NCBI GenBank assembly: GCA_964520985.1 | Contig: CAZFPB010000002.1 | Location: forward strand, 150,115 to 214,114 | Origin: an uncultured Pseudobdellovibrionaceae bacterium | Lineage (GTDB): Bacteria; Pseudomonadota; Alphaproteobacteria; Micavibrionales; Micavibrionaceae | Direction of reading: 5' to 3' | DNA length: 64,000 nucleotides | The notes under the pieces: generated by a model | What the model was told of the DNA's origin: nothing | Databases searched by the model: none | The model's input: only the letters and a program-made list of their open reading frames with translations | Translations under genes and position numbers: made by a program | Shown here: positions 1-9,975 of the stretch, one piece after another | Layout of the letters: every line of letters starts with the position of its first letter | Position numbering within the stretch: the first letter of the stretch is position 1

Positions 1-674
1 GAGATGATGGTATTATTGATGTTGATGGTTCAATTAACCACACGCTAGTGGAACGTTTATGGACACGTTTTCCGGTTAAATTTGGTACTGTGACTGGAAA
101 TTTTGATTGCAGGAGCACCATGTTAAAAACCTTACATGGTGCTCCTGATGTAGTTAAAGGTTCTTTCAATTGTACTGATAATGAGTTATCATCATTATTG
201 TGGTGTCCGCGAGAAGTTGGTGGATCATTTCTGTGTTCTAATAATTGGTTGACCTCTCTCCAACATGGTCCTAGTGAGGTTGGAGACATGTATACATGTT
301 CTTATAATAAACTAACTAATTTGATCGGCGCGCCTAATCAAGTTAGAGATTTTAATTGTCATATGAATCCTTTAACGTCATTGAAGGGAATGCCCAAAAA
401 AATATTAGATACGTTGATATGTTATATTGAACGAGGAACCGAAAAAGAAGCAAACCTCGATTATCGATTAATTCGTAATTATTTTGATCACTCACCCTCT
501 ACCGTGATCTGTAGTTTGAGTACTACCGTGTTAAATTGGTTGACTAACAATGGTATTCATACATTTCAAATTGTAGGAGAACCCGATGTTGGAAAACTAT
601 TTTGCACTACCGATATATTAACTGCTCAAGAGCAGATGATTGATCTTGGCTATAGTGAATTTGCAAAAATATAA
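1..674 (+). CDS. paralogous repeat-family protein (family A), 5' end off-window
   Basis: Reading frame stays open back to nt 3 (DDGIIDVDGSINHTLVERLW...), so the true start is upstream of the window. Has ~20-aa Cys-containing internal repeats (GxFxCxxNxLTSLxGAP) and the C-terminal ILTAQEQMIDLGYSEFAKI motif shared with 13 other ORFs here. Confidence 0.6.
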   Translation, partial: DDGIIDVDGSINHTLVERLWTRFPVKFGTVTGNFDCRSTMLKTLHGAPDVVKGSFNCTDNELSSLLWCPREVGGSFLCSNNWLTSLQHGPSEVGDMYTCSYNKLTNLIGAPNQVRDFNCHMNPLTSLKGMPKKILDTLICYIERGTEKEANLDYRLIRNYFDHSPSTVICSLSTTVLNWLTNNGIHTFQIVGEPDVGKLFCTTDILTAQEQMIDLGYSEFAKI

Positions 675-724
675 ATTATTTGTTGACGACAAATATTTTT
701 TTGGAAGACTATTACTCTGGCTGA

Positions 725-732
725 TATAAATA
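725..732 (+). promoter_or_regulatory. T4-type late promoter TATAAATA upstream of NAMPT
   Basis: Exact TATAAATA about 58 nt before the ATG at 790, with RBS GGAG at 778-781. Confidence 0.5.
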
Positions 733-789
733 ACTGTATCACGCTGATAGACGGTGTGGTAATTTCACAATAATAGAAAGGAGTTTTCT

Positions 790-2217
790 ATGACCTACGA
801 AAGCATTATTGACAATCCTCTTGTCCACAGTGATTCATACAAATATTCGCAATACCTGCAACTCCCTCCAAACAGTGAAGACAGCAGCACGTATGTTGAG
901 TCTCGTGGCGGTCGATATCCACAAACTGTAGTGTTTGGTAACCAAGCATTGGTCAAAAGTCGGTTTATGAAACCGATTACTCGTCAACATGTGGAAGAAG
1001 CACATGAGCTGCTTACAGAACATGGTGAACCTTTTAATTACGATGGATTCATGAAAATCGTACGCAAGTACGGTGGTTATATGCCGCTTCGAATTGAGGC
1101 GGTTGCAGAAGGATCTGTTGTTCCGACGGGCAATACGTTGCTTCGTGTTCGTCCGACTGACAGTGAGTTCGTGTGGCTTCCTGGTTTCTGGGAAACTGAA
1201 ATTCTACGTGGTACTTGGTATCCAACTACTGTTGCTACGTACAGCTGGCATATCAAAAAAATCATTAAACGGTATTTGGAAAAGACTGGTACACCAGAAC
1301 TGATTGATTTCAAACTGCACGATTTTGGTGCACGTGGAGTAAGTTCACGCGAATCTGCAGGTCTTGGTGGTCTTGCTCACTTGGTTAACTTCAAAGGAAC
1401 TGACACTGTTTCTGCACTTGCATATGGTCGTGCATTTTATAACTGTCGGATGGCTGGATATTCGATTCCTGCTTCTGAACACAGCACGATGACGAGCTGG
1501 GGTGGGCGCGAAGGTGAAGTTGCAGCAATGAATAACATGTTGCAACAATTTACAAAGCCAGGTCAATTGGTAGCATGTGTAAGTGACAGTTATGATATTA
1601 TGAATGCTTGCCTCAATATTTGGGGTGGTGTTCTGAAAGAAAAAGTACTGCAACTGCATGCCATCGGCGGTAAACTGGTTGTTCGTCCAGATAGTGGTGA
1701 TCCTGTTGAGATTACGCTTCAAGTAGTTGAGGCGCTGGCGAGCCGATTTGGTTTTACCACTAACAGCAAAGGATATAAAGTACTGCACCCAGCAGTTGGT
1801 ATTATCCAAGGGGATGGTATTGACGAAGCAATGGTTGAGAAAATTCTTGCAAATTATGAAAAACATGGTTGGTCGGCAGACAACATTACTTTTGGTTCTG
1901 GTGGTAAACTGCTGCAAGCCCACACTCGTGACGACCAAAAATTTGCAATGAAAATGTCGGCGATTAAAGTGGATAACGAATGGCGTGATGTGTTCAAAGA
2001 TCCGATCACTGATCCTGGCAAGAAATCGAAACGTGGTATTCTGACGTTGGAACGGAACATTCATTCTGGTAACTATCGTACGGTAAGTGATAGCCAGGAA
2101 ATCAAAGGTAGCGATGGTTGGTATAACGCAATGCTTCCTATCTATGATACTGGAGAGATGTTTAACGAAGTTGCATTTGACCAAGTACGTGCAAACGCGG
2201 AAGCAGGGGGCATATAA
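790..2217 (+). CDS. nadV: nicotinamide phosphoribosyltransferase (NAMPT)
   Basis: 475 aa. N-terminal HSDSYKYSQY resembles the NAMPT DSYK motif. DFGARGVSS and VRPDSGDP match the conserved NAMPT catalytic region. Good RBS. Confidence 0.85.
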   Translation: MTYESIIDNPLVHSDSYKYSQYLQLPPNSEDSSTYVESRGGRYPQTVVFGNQALVKSRFMKPITRQHVEEAHELLTEHGEPFNYDGFMKIVRKYGGYMPLRIEAVAEGSVVPTGNTLLRVRPTDSEFVWLPGFWETEILRGTWYPTTVATYSWHIKKIIKRYLEKTGTPELIDFKLHDFGARGVSSRESAGLGGLAHLVNFKGTDTVSALAYGRAFYNCRMAGYSIPASEHSTMTSWGGREGEVAAMNNMLQQFTKPGQLVACVSDSYDIMNACLNIWGGVLKEKVLQLHAIGGKLVVRPDSGDPVEITLQVVEALASRFGFTTNSKGYKVLHPAVGIIQGDGIDEAMVEKILANYEKHGWSADNITFGSGGKLLQAHTRDDQKFAMKMSAIKVDNEWRDVFKDPITDPGKKSKRGILTLERNIHSGNYRTVSDSQEIKGSDGWYNAMLPIYDTGEMFNEVAFDQVRANAEAGGI

Positions 2218-2230
2218 GCCCCCTTTTGTT
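2206..2230 (+). terminator. rho-independent terminator after NAMPT
   Basis: GGGGGC-ATATAA-GCCCCC hairpin followed by TTTTGTT; the stop codon lies in the loop. Confidence 0.7.
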
Positions 2231-2250
2231 GTTTATTAGGATAATAAAAA

Positions 2251-3009
2251 ATGGCTACTATTGTTAAATGTCCAAAAGAATTTGAACCACCTATCACTGT
2301 ATTTGTAGCAGGTGGTATTTCCAATACTGCAGATTGGCAAAAGAAATTTACTGATCTATTGTATCTTACGTTATCGGATCGTGTTCATCTTATTAATCCA
2401 CGTCGTGAAAGTTTTGACATTTCAGATCCAACTCAATCCGAGTATCAGATTGACTGGGAACATCGTCATCTAATGCATAGTGATCATGCAATCTTTTGGT
2501 TCTCACATGAAACGCTGTGTCCAATCACGTTGTTTGAATTGGGTAAATGGCTGGCGAGTAGGAAAGATGTTCATATTGGTGTGCATCCAGATTATGCACG
2601 TAGATTGGATGTAATCCATCAAACAGCTCATTTTAATCCTGAGATCAAGATTCATAGTACAATCGAAGATTTGGCTCGATCATTAGTTAATAAGTTGATT
2701 GAACAGTATGGTGAATCGATAACTCCATTCCGTACATATGGCATTATGAGACGGTACTATGAAACACCGCCAGCTAATGTGCCTGATGTGTGGAAAGTAA
2801 CAGTGCAATATCAACATAATAGACAATGGCCTGACACTTCTGCATTGTCACATTCATTGGTACGTTTGGTAGATGTTCTAGTAGATCTCACAACAGGCAA
2901 AGTTATAAAGCAGAGATTTGCTGAAGAAGATGCACCACCTATTAGTTTATTTGACAATTCTCCTTTAATGGATGAAAGGTTTTTAAGTCAACAACGTGAG
3001 CTGTTGTAA
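2251..3009 (+). CDS. nucleoside 2-deoxyribosyltransferase-like protein (SLOG superfamily)
   Basis: VFVAGGISNTADW ... DHAIFWF ... ITLFELGKW resembles the Nuc_deoxyri_tr2-like Rossmann family. Confidence 0.45.
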   Translation: MATIVKCPKEFEPPITVFVAGGISNTADWQKKFTDLLYLTLSDRVHLINPRRESFDISDPTQSEYQIDWEHRHLMHSDHAIFWFSHETLCPITLFELGKWLASRKDVHIGVHPDYARRLDVIHQTAHFNPEIKIHSTIEDLARSLVNKLIEQYGESITPFRTYGIMRRYYETPPANVPDVWKVTVQYQHNRQWPDTSALSHSLVRLVDVLVDLTTGKVIKQRFAEEDAPPISLFDNSPLMDERFLSQQRELL

Positions 3010-3014
3010 TATCT

Positions 3015-3554
3015 GTGTTGCTTAAATGTTATGCAGGAGTGGGATCTCGTTCCACTCCTAAACACATAATCGAACTGTTTGTAGAATTTGCTCATTACGC
3101 TGCTGAAAAACAGTGGACGTTATATTCAGGGGCCGCTGCTGGCGCTGATCAAGCCTTTGAAAAAGGATGCGATCTAGGCAACGGAAGCAAACAAATATTT
3201 TTGCCGTGGCCAAGATTCTGTAATAACCGATCACAACTGATTGAAATTGATCCACGTGCTTTTACTATTGTCCAATCGTTGCATCCTGTGTACAATGATC
3301 TCAGTGTAGGAGCTCGTAAGTTAGTTGCACGTGATGTTCTTCAGGTGTTGGGTTATGATTTATTCACTCCTGTTGACTTCGTATTATGTTATACTGCAGA
3401 TGGTTGCGAATCCGTAGAAGAATACAATAAAGATACGGGCGGAACTGGAATTGCAATATCAGTAGCTTCTAAATTTAGGATTCCTGTGTTTAACGTTGGG
3501 CGTGATATTTCACGAGCTGACGATGCACTTGCTCGTTTAGATATTAAATGGTGA
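3015..3554 (+). CDS. DprA/Smf-like Rossmann-fold protein (SLOG superfamily)
   Basis: AGVGSRSTP ... YSGAAAGADQAFEKG ... IFLPWP matches the DprA-type GSR...SGxAxGxDxxA nucleotide-binding signature. Confidence 0.5.
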   Translation: MLLKCYAGVGSRSTPKHIIELFVEFAHYAAEKQWTLYSGAAAGADQAFEKGCDLGNGSKQIFLPWPRFCNNRSQLIEIDPRAFTIVQSLHPVYNDLSVGARKLVARDVLQVLGYDLFTPVDFVLCYTADGCESVEEYNKDTGGTGIAISVASKFRIPVFNVGRDISRADDALARLDIKW

Positions 3555-3725
3555 TGGTATGGAACAATATAAATTGATTCGTGGTGGATATCAGGATCTT
3601 AGTGAAATTGAAAACACTGTAAACTTTTATATCAGCAAAGGATATAAACCAGTTGGACAACTATTAGTTGTTGAACCAACTGCATCAACACCTTTGTTCT
3701 TTCTTCAACAAATGGAATTGCAATA

Positions 3726-4193
3726 GTGACATTTCAAATAGTAGAACCGATTTTATCTTTTGATGGCCCATATCGTTTCCTGTCTAATTTTTACCCAGCA
3801 CCGATTAAGTGGCGAGGGTTAGAATGGACCACATCAGAGCACGCATATCAAGCATCAAAAACAAGTAATAAACTGCTACAACAGTTTATTTCGACGTTAC
3901 CTACTCCTAATGATGCTAAACAAGTTGGTAAGGCGTTAAGACTGCCATCTAATTGGGATGAAATTAAATTCACTTACATGCGTAGTGTTGTAAAAGCCAA
4001 ATTTACGCAAAATCCTAAATTGTTGGAAGCGTTAATTGAAACGTATCCAGCTCATTTAGAAGAGGGGAATTGGTGGAAGGATACGTGCTGGGGTGTTTGT
4101 CCTGTTGGTTCGGGAAATGGAGAAAACCATCTAGGAAAAATTCTGATGGAATTAAGATTGCATTACTGTACAGAAAATGCATTTGGATATTGA
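3726..4193 (+). CDS. NADAR (YbiA-like, DUF1768) domain protein
   Basis: YRFLSNFYPAPIKWRGLEWTTSEHAYQASK ... NHLGKILMELR closely parallels E. coli YbiA/NADAR motifs. Confidence 0.8.
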   Translation: MTFQIVEPILSFDGPYRFLSNFYPAPIKWRGLEWTTSEHAYQASKTSNKLLQQFISTLPTPNDAKQVGKALRLPSNWDEIKFTYMRSVVKAKFTQNPKLLEALIETYPAHLEEGNWWKDTCWGVCPVGSGNGENHLGKILMELRLHYCTENAFGY

Positions 4194-4200
4194 GGTTAGT

Positions 4201-4908
4201 ATGACCAAGAGTAAAAGATACATTTATTTAAGTGGTGGAATGCAGCACGCTGAGGAGCTGGGTGGTGTTTGGCGCGCTACGTGCAGTGAACGTCTGGACG
4301 AACTCGGATTCATTCCGGTCAATATTACTGCAATGGATATTGCATATAGTAAACAGTATGGAGTAGTTGAACCGTGCTTTGAATATAAAGATAATGAGCG
4401 TCATGTAGAAAAGAAATTGAACATTAGAAATCATTTTGTGTATGCTGATCTTGGTATCATTGAAGATTTCTGTTCAGCTCTTATTGTGTATTATGATGAG
4501 AGCGTACGTAAAGGTGCTGGAACATTATGCGAATGTCAGAAGGCATATGATCATAGAATTCCAGTGTTTCTTGTTAATGGATATGATTCGTTTGACCAAG
4601 TTCCAGGATGGTTGCAGGGGTTAACTACTAAGATGTTTAGTAGTTTTGAGCAGTTGTACCAATATTTGGAGCAGGTAACAGATAATGTAGCAATTCGCAA
4701 AGACATTCGTCAAGACAACATCGATAGCCATTTGTGTTTGGCATGCGGAACTATCGAAAATATTAGCAGCTCAAGATTAGTTGATCCTGAGTTCCTTCCG
4801 GAATATTGCACTAGCTGTAATCAGTTAGATACGCAATTAAACAAGCATACTAAGCAAGATAGATATCGATATTTTTGTAACTATCTGCTTGAATTAAATC
4901 GGCATTAA
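4201..4908 (+). CDS. nucleoside 2-deoxyribosyltransferase-like protein with C-terminal Cys-rich extension
   Basis: Start moved to ATG 4201 (GAGG upstream). YIYLSGGM ... IEDFCSALIVYYDESVRKGAGTLCECQKAYDHRIPVFLV is typical of the PF05014-type fold. C-terminal CLACG...CTSC is a zinc-ribbon-like cluster. Confidence 0.5.
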   Translation: MTKSKRYIYLSGGMQHAEELGGVWRATCSERLDELGFIPVNITAMDIAYSKQYGVVEPCFEYKDNERHVEKKLNIRNHFVYADLGIIEDFCSALIVYYDESVRKGAGTLCECQKAYDHRIPVFLVNGYDSFDQVPGWLQGLTTKMFSSFEQLYQYLEQVTDNVAIRKDIRQDNIDSHLCLACGTIENISSSRLVDPEFLPEYCTSCNQLDTQLNKHTKQDRYRYFCNYLLELNRH

Positions 4909-4924
4909 TAGAGAGGTAACTAAT

Positions 4925-5221
4925 ATGCCATATATCGTTGAAGATAAACGTCGTGTACTACAACAGTCTATTGATTCGTTGGTTAATGATCTGAGACAGC
5001 TGGAGTGTGACGATTCAAATAATTCCATGGCGGGTAATATTAATTATGTATTCACTACTGTATTGGCAAGAGTCTATAGCCCTGTTAACTATGATAACGT
5101 TAACGAAGTCTCTGGAATTCTTAGTTGCGTAGATAAAGAGTTTTATCGTCGCCTTGCAGCACCATACGAAGATCAGAAGTCGTTTGATAACGGTGATGTG
5201 TTTCCGTCTGATATTGGTTAA
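4925..5221 (+). CDS. hypothetical protein
   Basis: 98 aa ORF with RBS GAGAGG; no motif recognised. Confidence 0.4.
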   Translation: MPYIVEDKRRVLQQSIDSLVNDLRQLECDDSNNSMAGNINYVFTTVLARVYSPVNYDNVNEVSGILSCVDKEFYRRLAAPYEDQKSFDNGDVFPSDIG

Positions 5222-5287
5222 TTAGACGCCTTGGATATAATCGCCGTCAAATAATAATAGTAAATACCGGCGATTATATCTTTATAG

Positions 5288-5473
5288 GTGATTATTATGT
5301 TAAACGAATCAGATACATTATACGTTGTTCAAGTTAACGGCGTTAATATGGGACAACCTCAACCATCGTACAGATTAGCTGAAGCTACAATTGTACACCT
5401 TCCTCAAGATATGCAACGCGAAGCTCGCGTAGTTCCTATTTCAAGAACAGGCCAGCAATTGCTATTAGGTTAA
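5288..5473 (+). CDS. hypothetical small protein
   Basis: 61 aa ORF; no motif recognised. Confidence 0.35.
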   Translation: MIIMLNESDTLYVVQVNGVNMGQPQPSYRLAEATIVHLPQDMQREARVVPISRTGQQLLLG

Positions 5474-5486
5474 AAAGTTAGACGTA

Positions 5487-5678
5487 TTGCCCCCTTTTGT
5501 AGTAAATATAACGAATGTGCAAAGAGGGGAAAGTATGAACACGGATACACATGAAAGTTTATTGGAACTGATAGATCAGATCATTGAAGTTTTATCTGAT
5601 TATGAGGACAGATACATAGTTCCATTAGAACTTGCTGTTCAGTTGCGTGAAGTTGTTCAAATTATTCCAGAAGAATAA
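5487..5678 (+). CDS. hypothetical small acidic protein
   Basis: 63 aa ORF with RBS AGAGGGGAAAG upstream. Confidence 0.4.
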   Translation: MPPFVVNITNVQRGESMNTDTHESLLELIDQIIEVLSDYEDRYIVPLELAVQLREVVQIIPEE

Positions 5679-5720
5679 CGAATTAAAACTAAATAATAGA
5701 CTATTTCAAGGATTTTGTGT

Positions 5721-5886
5721 TGTGAAGTTGTCGCATGTTCTTTGTGAAAGCAAAGACAAGAGCCCCAAGAAGAAACGTAAGCGTTATTCTGATAATAATC
5801 ACCCGTTTCATTGGGAGACGCCTCAACAAGCACAAAAGAATTTGATTCAATATCTATGGTTTATGTCTAACGCAGATGCTACTTGA
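5721..5886 (+). CDS. possible small Lys/Arg-rich protein (GTG start)
   Basis: Fills the 5679-5882 gap. KKKRKR basic patch. Ends with an ATGA overlap into the next gene. Weak call. Confidence 0.25.
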
Positions 5887-5894
5887 GATTAATT

Positions 5895-6149
5895 ATGCCA
5901 GCTAAAAGTAAAGCTCAAACTAATTTTTTTAGAATGGTTCGCGCCTATCAAGATGGATCGTTAGATACATCTAAAATGACGGACCAACAAGTTAGTCGTC
6001 TCAGAAAGACAGCTAATTCGATATCAAAAACAGATGCATCTGTTTTTGCGAAAACTAAGGATAAGAAACTTCCAAAGCGTGTAGTTAATGAACAGATAAC
6101 TTTTTCTGATTTTTTATTTGTGGATAGTCTTACGGAAACACAACAATGA
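5895..6149 (+). CDS. hypothetical small basic protein
   Basis: ATG at 5895 preferred over the TTG at 5883; no motif recognised. Confidence 0.4.
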   Translation: MPAKSKAQTNFFRMVRAYQDGSLDTSKMTDQQVSRLRKTANSISKTDASVFAKTKDKKLPKRVVNEQITFSDFLFVDSLTETQQ

Positions 6150-6997
6150 GTATTTTAATTGAATTAATGAATTTGTCGGAAGTTTCGAAAGAAGCTGAGG
6201 CTGCTGTGTATCATGCTAACTACATGAAGACACGTAAGAAACCATATCGTAAGTATAATGCTAAGAAACATCGTCGGTTAAGTGAAAATCTTACAGTGAG
6301 TGATATTGATAAAGCTCATGCAATGTTACCTAAACAAGATAATGACAAAGATGTTCGTGACGATTTGTACTTACTTAAAACAATTGCAGATAAGTTAACA
6401 CCTGATAGCATTTTTGTTGAAAAGAATGACGATAGTGATACTGCTCCACATATCGCTCATTTCAAATATGCTATATCTGATAACCATAAAATGCTGCACA
6501 TTGTGCATACAATGAAAGAATTGTTTGGTAGCCCAGACCATAAAAATGCAAATGATACTGTTACAGTTGCATATTTCATTGATGATCATACTGGAAGAAC
6601 GATTGCGTTAATGCTAAACAAGCAAGAACATATTGCAAAAATTACGTTTGCTTTAAAGACAAAGAAACAAAAGGACGCTGAACCAGAACATGGTGATCAT
6701 CAAGTTTCCATATCTGAACGTGCTGGAGCACCAGCCGATTCGGCCGCCCCAACGGCTAATCACAGCCCCGATGATTCTACGGTCGATAAACTGTTGTACC
6801 TTCGCACGTCCGTGATTAATATGCTCAATAGTCATGACAAGATGAAAGACTACATTTACAATGCTCCGACGTTGTCAGATGCTAAAGAACGGTTAATCAA
6901 TGTAATTGCAGAAATGCCTGACAATCAATCGGTGTTGCCAAGTGATATTATTGAAGTTGCAGAACAAATTACAGCTACATATTGGGGTAAATCATGA
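6146..6997 (+). CDS. hypothetical protein
   Basis: 283 aa; ATGA overlap with the upstream gene; no motif recognised. Confidence 0.5.
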   Translation: MSILIELMNLSEVSKEAEAAVYHANYMKTRKKPYRKYNAKKHRRLSENLTVSDIDKAHAMLPKQDNDKDVRDDLYLLKTIADKLTPDSIFVEKNDDSDTAPHIAHFKYAISDNHKMLHIVHTMKELFGSPDHKNANDTVTVAYFIDDHTGRTIALMLNKQEHIAKITFALKTKKQKDAEPEHGDHQVSISERAGAPADSAAPTANHSPDDSTVDKLLYLRTSVINMLNSHDKMKDYIYNAPTLSDAKERLINVIAEMPDNQSVLPSDIIEVAEQITATYWGKS

Positions 6998-7197
6998 AAA
7001 CGAAAAAGTACAGAAACAAGGACCATGATCCTATTAAAAGTCCTGTCGCGAAAATGATGAATGATTTTAATCAAGCACAAACGCACCGCGACAAAAAGAA
7101 CGATTATAATCGCAAACCTAAACATAAGAAAATGTTAAACGATGATACAACCGAACGTTTAACATTTTCTCAATATCTGCTTGAATCTAGCAACTAA
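6994..7197 (+). CDS. hypothetical small basic protein
   Basis: 67 aa, Lys/His/Arg-rich; ATGA overlap. Confidence 0.4.
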   Translation: MKTKKYRNKDHDPIKSPVAKMMNDFNQAQTHRDKKNDYNRKPKHKKMLNDDTTERLTFSQYLLESSN

Positions 7198-7264
7198 TTT
7201 CCGGTTGACCCCCCATCCTAATTGTGGTACAATTGTTTATTGACAATTAGGAGACCTCTTTACT

Positions 7265-8353
7265 ATGAAAACCTACCTTGTTGGCGGCGCTGTCCGAGAC
7301 ATGCTCATGGGTTTAGAACCCAAAGACCAAGATTATGTTGTAGTAGGTGCAACTCCATCCCAAATGATCGAACTTGGTTATCATAAGGTTGGTTCTTCGT
7401 TCCCTGTTTTTCTGAAAAACAACTGCGAATATGCTCTTGCTCGAACTGAACGTAAGACGGGTGTTGGGTATAATGGGTTTGATGTAGATTACAATCCAAA
7501 CGTAACACTGGAACAAGATCTGCTGCGTCGTGATTTGACGATCAATAGTATTGCCCAAGATCCAGAAACTGGCGAATTGGTTGATCCGTATGGTGGGCTA
7601 CGGGACATCAAAAACAAAATGTTGCGTCACACAAGTGAAGCATTTGCAGAAGATCCAATTCGTGTTCTTCGAGTTGCTCGATTTGCAGCTCGCTATCCTG
7701 ATTTTTCTGTTGATCCACAAACATTAGATTTGATGGCTACGATTCTACCGGAGTTGCAATATGTTCCATATGAACGAATTTGGACGGAATTGGATAAAGG
7801 AATGCAAGAAAAGGCTCCATATCGCATGTTTGAAATATTGAACAATGTAGGTGCTTTTTCGAAACGCAAATCTGTGCTGTGGCCATATGGGGAAGCTACT
7901 ACATGGACGCCTCAACAATGGATTAATATGCAAGAAGCTGATGACCAATTAGCTGCATATGCATGTATTCTTAAAGGATTTGTTGAGAGTGCAGAACGCA
8001 ATTCGTTGTTCCAACAATATTGTGTTCCTGTCCATTATTACAAACCTGCGACTGCGTTGTGGAATAACCACACGCAGATTATGAAGTATTTGGAATTGAC
8101 GATTGATCAAAAACTGACGTTGTTCAATAACATACGTGCATTTACTGATGCAAGCACGTTGAAATGGGCAATCGGAATGTTAGCAAATTTGGATCAATCA
8201 TTCGATTATGTTGGTGTTTGGACGTACGTAACACGTGATCTCAATGCGTTGAGTCAGCTTGACCTTGAAACTGTGGCTACTAAGGCAACCGGTAACAAAG
8301 CGGTTGCTATATATCAAGCACGGTATCAATGTTTAGCGCAACTATATGAGTGA
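7265..8353 (+). CDS. cca: tRNA nucleotidyltransferase (CCA-adding enzyme)
   Basis: YLVGGAVRDMLMG head-domain motif and RRDLTINSIA (RRD motif) of class II CCA-adding enzymes / poly(A) polymerase family; 362 aa; RBS GGAGA. Confidence 0.85.
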   Translation: MKTYLVGGAVRDMLMGLEPKDQDYVVVGATPSQMIELGYHKVGSSFPVFLKNNCEYALARTERKTGVGYNGFDVDYNPNVTLEQDLLRRDLTINSIAQDPETGELVDPYGGLRDIKNKMLRHTSEAFAEDPIRVLRVARFAARYPDFSVDPQTLDLMATILPELQYVPYERIWTELDKGMQEKAPYRMFEILNNVGAFSKRKSVLWPYGEATTWTPQQWINMQEADDQLAAYACILKGFVESAERNSLFQQYCVPVHYYKPATALWNNHTQIMKYLELTIDQKLTLFNNIRAFTDASTLKWAIGMLANLDQSFDYVGVWTYVTRDLNALSQLDLETVATKATGNKAVAIYQARYQCLAQLYE

Positions 8354-9680
8354 TCAGGTTCAACCATTAATAATCAGTAATTCCCGTTTTGAGTTTATCG
8401 CATCGCAATGGTGCGATAAACTCATTTCCGCTTTCGACCATGATCATACTGTTTCCCTTGATAGTTTCAGATTCTTTGATGCAATTCAACATACAAAGAT
8501 TATGACATGTTTGAATCAGGTGGATACTGGTGAAACACCTGCTATTAAATGCAATGCTATTATCAATTTGTTATCGTTAGCTGATCCGACTGCACAATAC
8601 AAATACACACAATGGTTGGTTGCAAAGTATTGCAAAAAGGATTTTTCAATCCAAGATTTGGAACGAATAAAACTTGAACTAGAACGATTTGAGCAACATA
8701 AGAACAAATTAGCCTGTAAAGATATTAACCAATATAAATCGATTCGTGATGTGTATGTTGTAATTCAGCAACTTCTATCAGAACCGCGGTTAGTATCGTT
8801 GACGGAAATAGAACAGCAGTTCATCAATGATAACCAAGCAACAATTTTCTATCACGATGATAAGCTAAAAATCATTATTCCGTTAACCCAAATCGCATCT
8901 TGTTATTTTGGTCGTGGAACGCGTTGGTGCACTGCTGCAACGCAAACTACTAATCATTTTGATACTTATAACAGACAAGGGCCTTTATACGTTGTACAGT
9001 TCAAACATGATAAGTATCAATTTCACTTTGAAACTAATTCGTTCAGAGATGCGCTCGATGCCTCTGTTCCAATATCACGGTTAGTGCATAACATACCACA
9101 GTTGAAAAAAGCATTTGAACAACAAGCAGTTCAATTTGACATATTAGAATTATTGTCAGTTGTTACTTCTGAACATCTGTTTAAATTTTTGATTAACAAA
9201 CATGTTGATAATGATAGACTACAATCAATCTTAGAAATTCATCATAACGCAATAGACGATGATATTGTTGAACTGTTATTAACTAAACACCCACGTTTTA
9301 TAAACTATATTCAGCCTCATCAACAAAATATTTCGATTGCTGTTACTATGGTGGATGTATTAGGAGTTGATGTTGCTCAAAGATTAGTTCGTAAAGATTT
9401 ACAAGCGAATGATAAATTTAAAGAAGCATTGGTAGTTAAAAGACCGATGTTGTTAAAGTCCCCAAAAGTTACAGCTCATCAAACATCATCGATGGTGCAT
9501 AAAGTAATTGCAAAGTCTCCTATGATGTTGAGATATGTGCGTAAAGATTTGATAACACCTGAATTAGCTATGTTGGCAGTATCTGCACATCCTGCAAGTT
9601 TCTTTCAAGTTCCAAGACACATGCGTACAAAACAGTTAATTGATCTGTATACCCAATCCAAGAAATATAATAACCAATAA
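8346..9680 (+). CDS. hypothetical protein
   Basis: 444 aa; contains GRGTRWCTAAT; no confident family assignment. Confidence 0.5.
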   Translation: MSDQVQPLIISNSRFEFIASQWCDKLISAFDHDHTVSLDSFRFFDAIQHTKIMTCLNQVDTGETPAIKCNAIINLLSLADPTAQYKYTQWLVAKYCKKDFSIQDLERIKLELERFEQHKNKLACKDINQYKSIRDVYVVIQQLLSEPRLVSLTEIEQQFINDNQATIFYHDDKLKIIIPLTQIASCYFGRGTRWCTAATQTTNHFDTYNRQGPLYVVQFKHDKYQFHFETNSFRDALDASVPISRLVHNIPQLKKAFEQQAVQFDILELLSVVTSEHLFKFLINKHVDNDRLQSILEIHHNAIDDDIVELLLTKHPRFINYIQPHQQNISIAVTMVDVLGVDVAQRLVRKDLQANDKFKEALVVKRPMLLKSPKVTAHQTSSMVHKVIAKSPMMLRYVRKDLITPELAMLAVSAHPASFFQVPRHMRTKQLIDLYTQSKKYNNQ

Positions 9681-9717
9681 CGATAAATACAAAATACCTT
9701 ATTTGTGGAGCAGTAAG

Positions 9718-9966
9718 ATGCCATCTATTACATATTCATATGTTGTCAATCAATCCGTATGGACTATTGATGCAACGTATGGTGTTCGTTGTGGAATTGT
9801 GAAAACAGTAACATACAATGCTAATGTTGCTAATGTAGATCCAGACGTCGAATATCAGATTCAGTACACCGATTCTATGCATGGAAGCCAAACACTAAAA
9901 GAAGAATTTATCTTTGGTGATATTGATACCGCATTAGCTTCTTATAAAGATTTAATTACTTGCTGA
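9718..9966 (+). CDS. hypothetical small protein
   Basis: Start moved to ATG 9718 to avoid overlapping the upstream gene. Confidence 0.4.
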   Translation: MPSITYSYVVNQSVWTIDATYGVRCGIVKTVTYNANVANVDPDVEYQIQYTDSMHGSQTLKEEFIFGDIDTALASYKDLITC

Positions 9967-9975
9967 GATAAAATA

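Noticed and set aside
835-2184. Antisense ORFs (835-1023, 1077-1313, 1345-2184, 1854-2060) inside the NAMPT gene
   Set aside because: They lie entirely within a well-supported + strand gene and have no RBS or motifs. The 279-aa one is a reverse-frame shadow typical of AT-rich coding DNA.
5632-5886. 84-aa ORF 5632-5886 as given in the ORF track
   Set aside because: The 5' part overlaps 5487-5678 in another frame. Only the distal part from a GTG at 5721 is retained as a low-confidence small gene.
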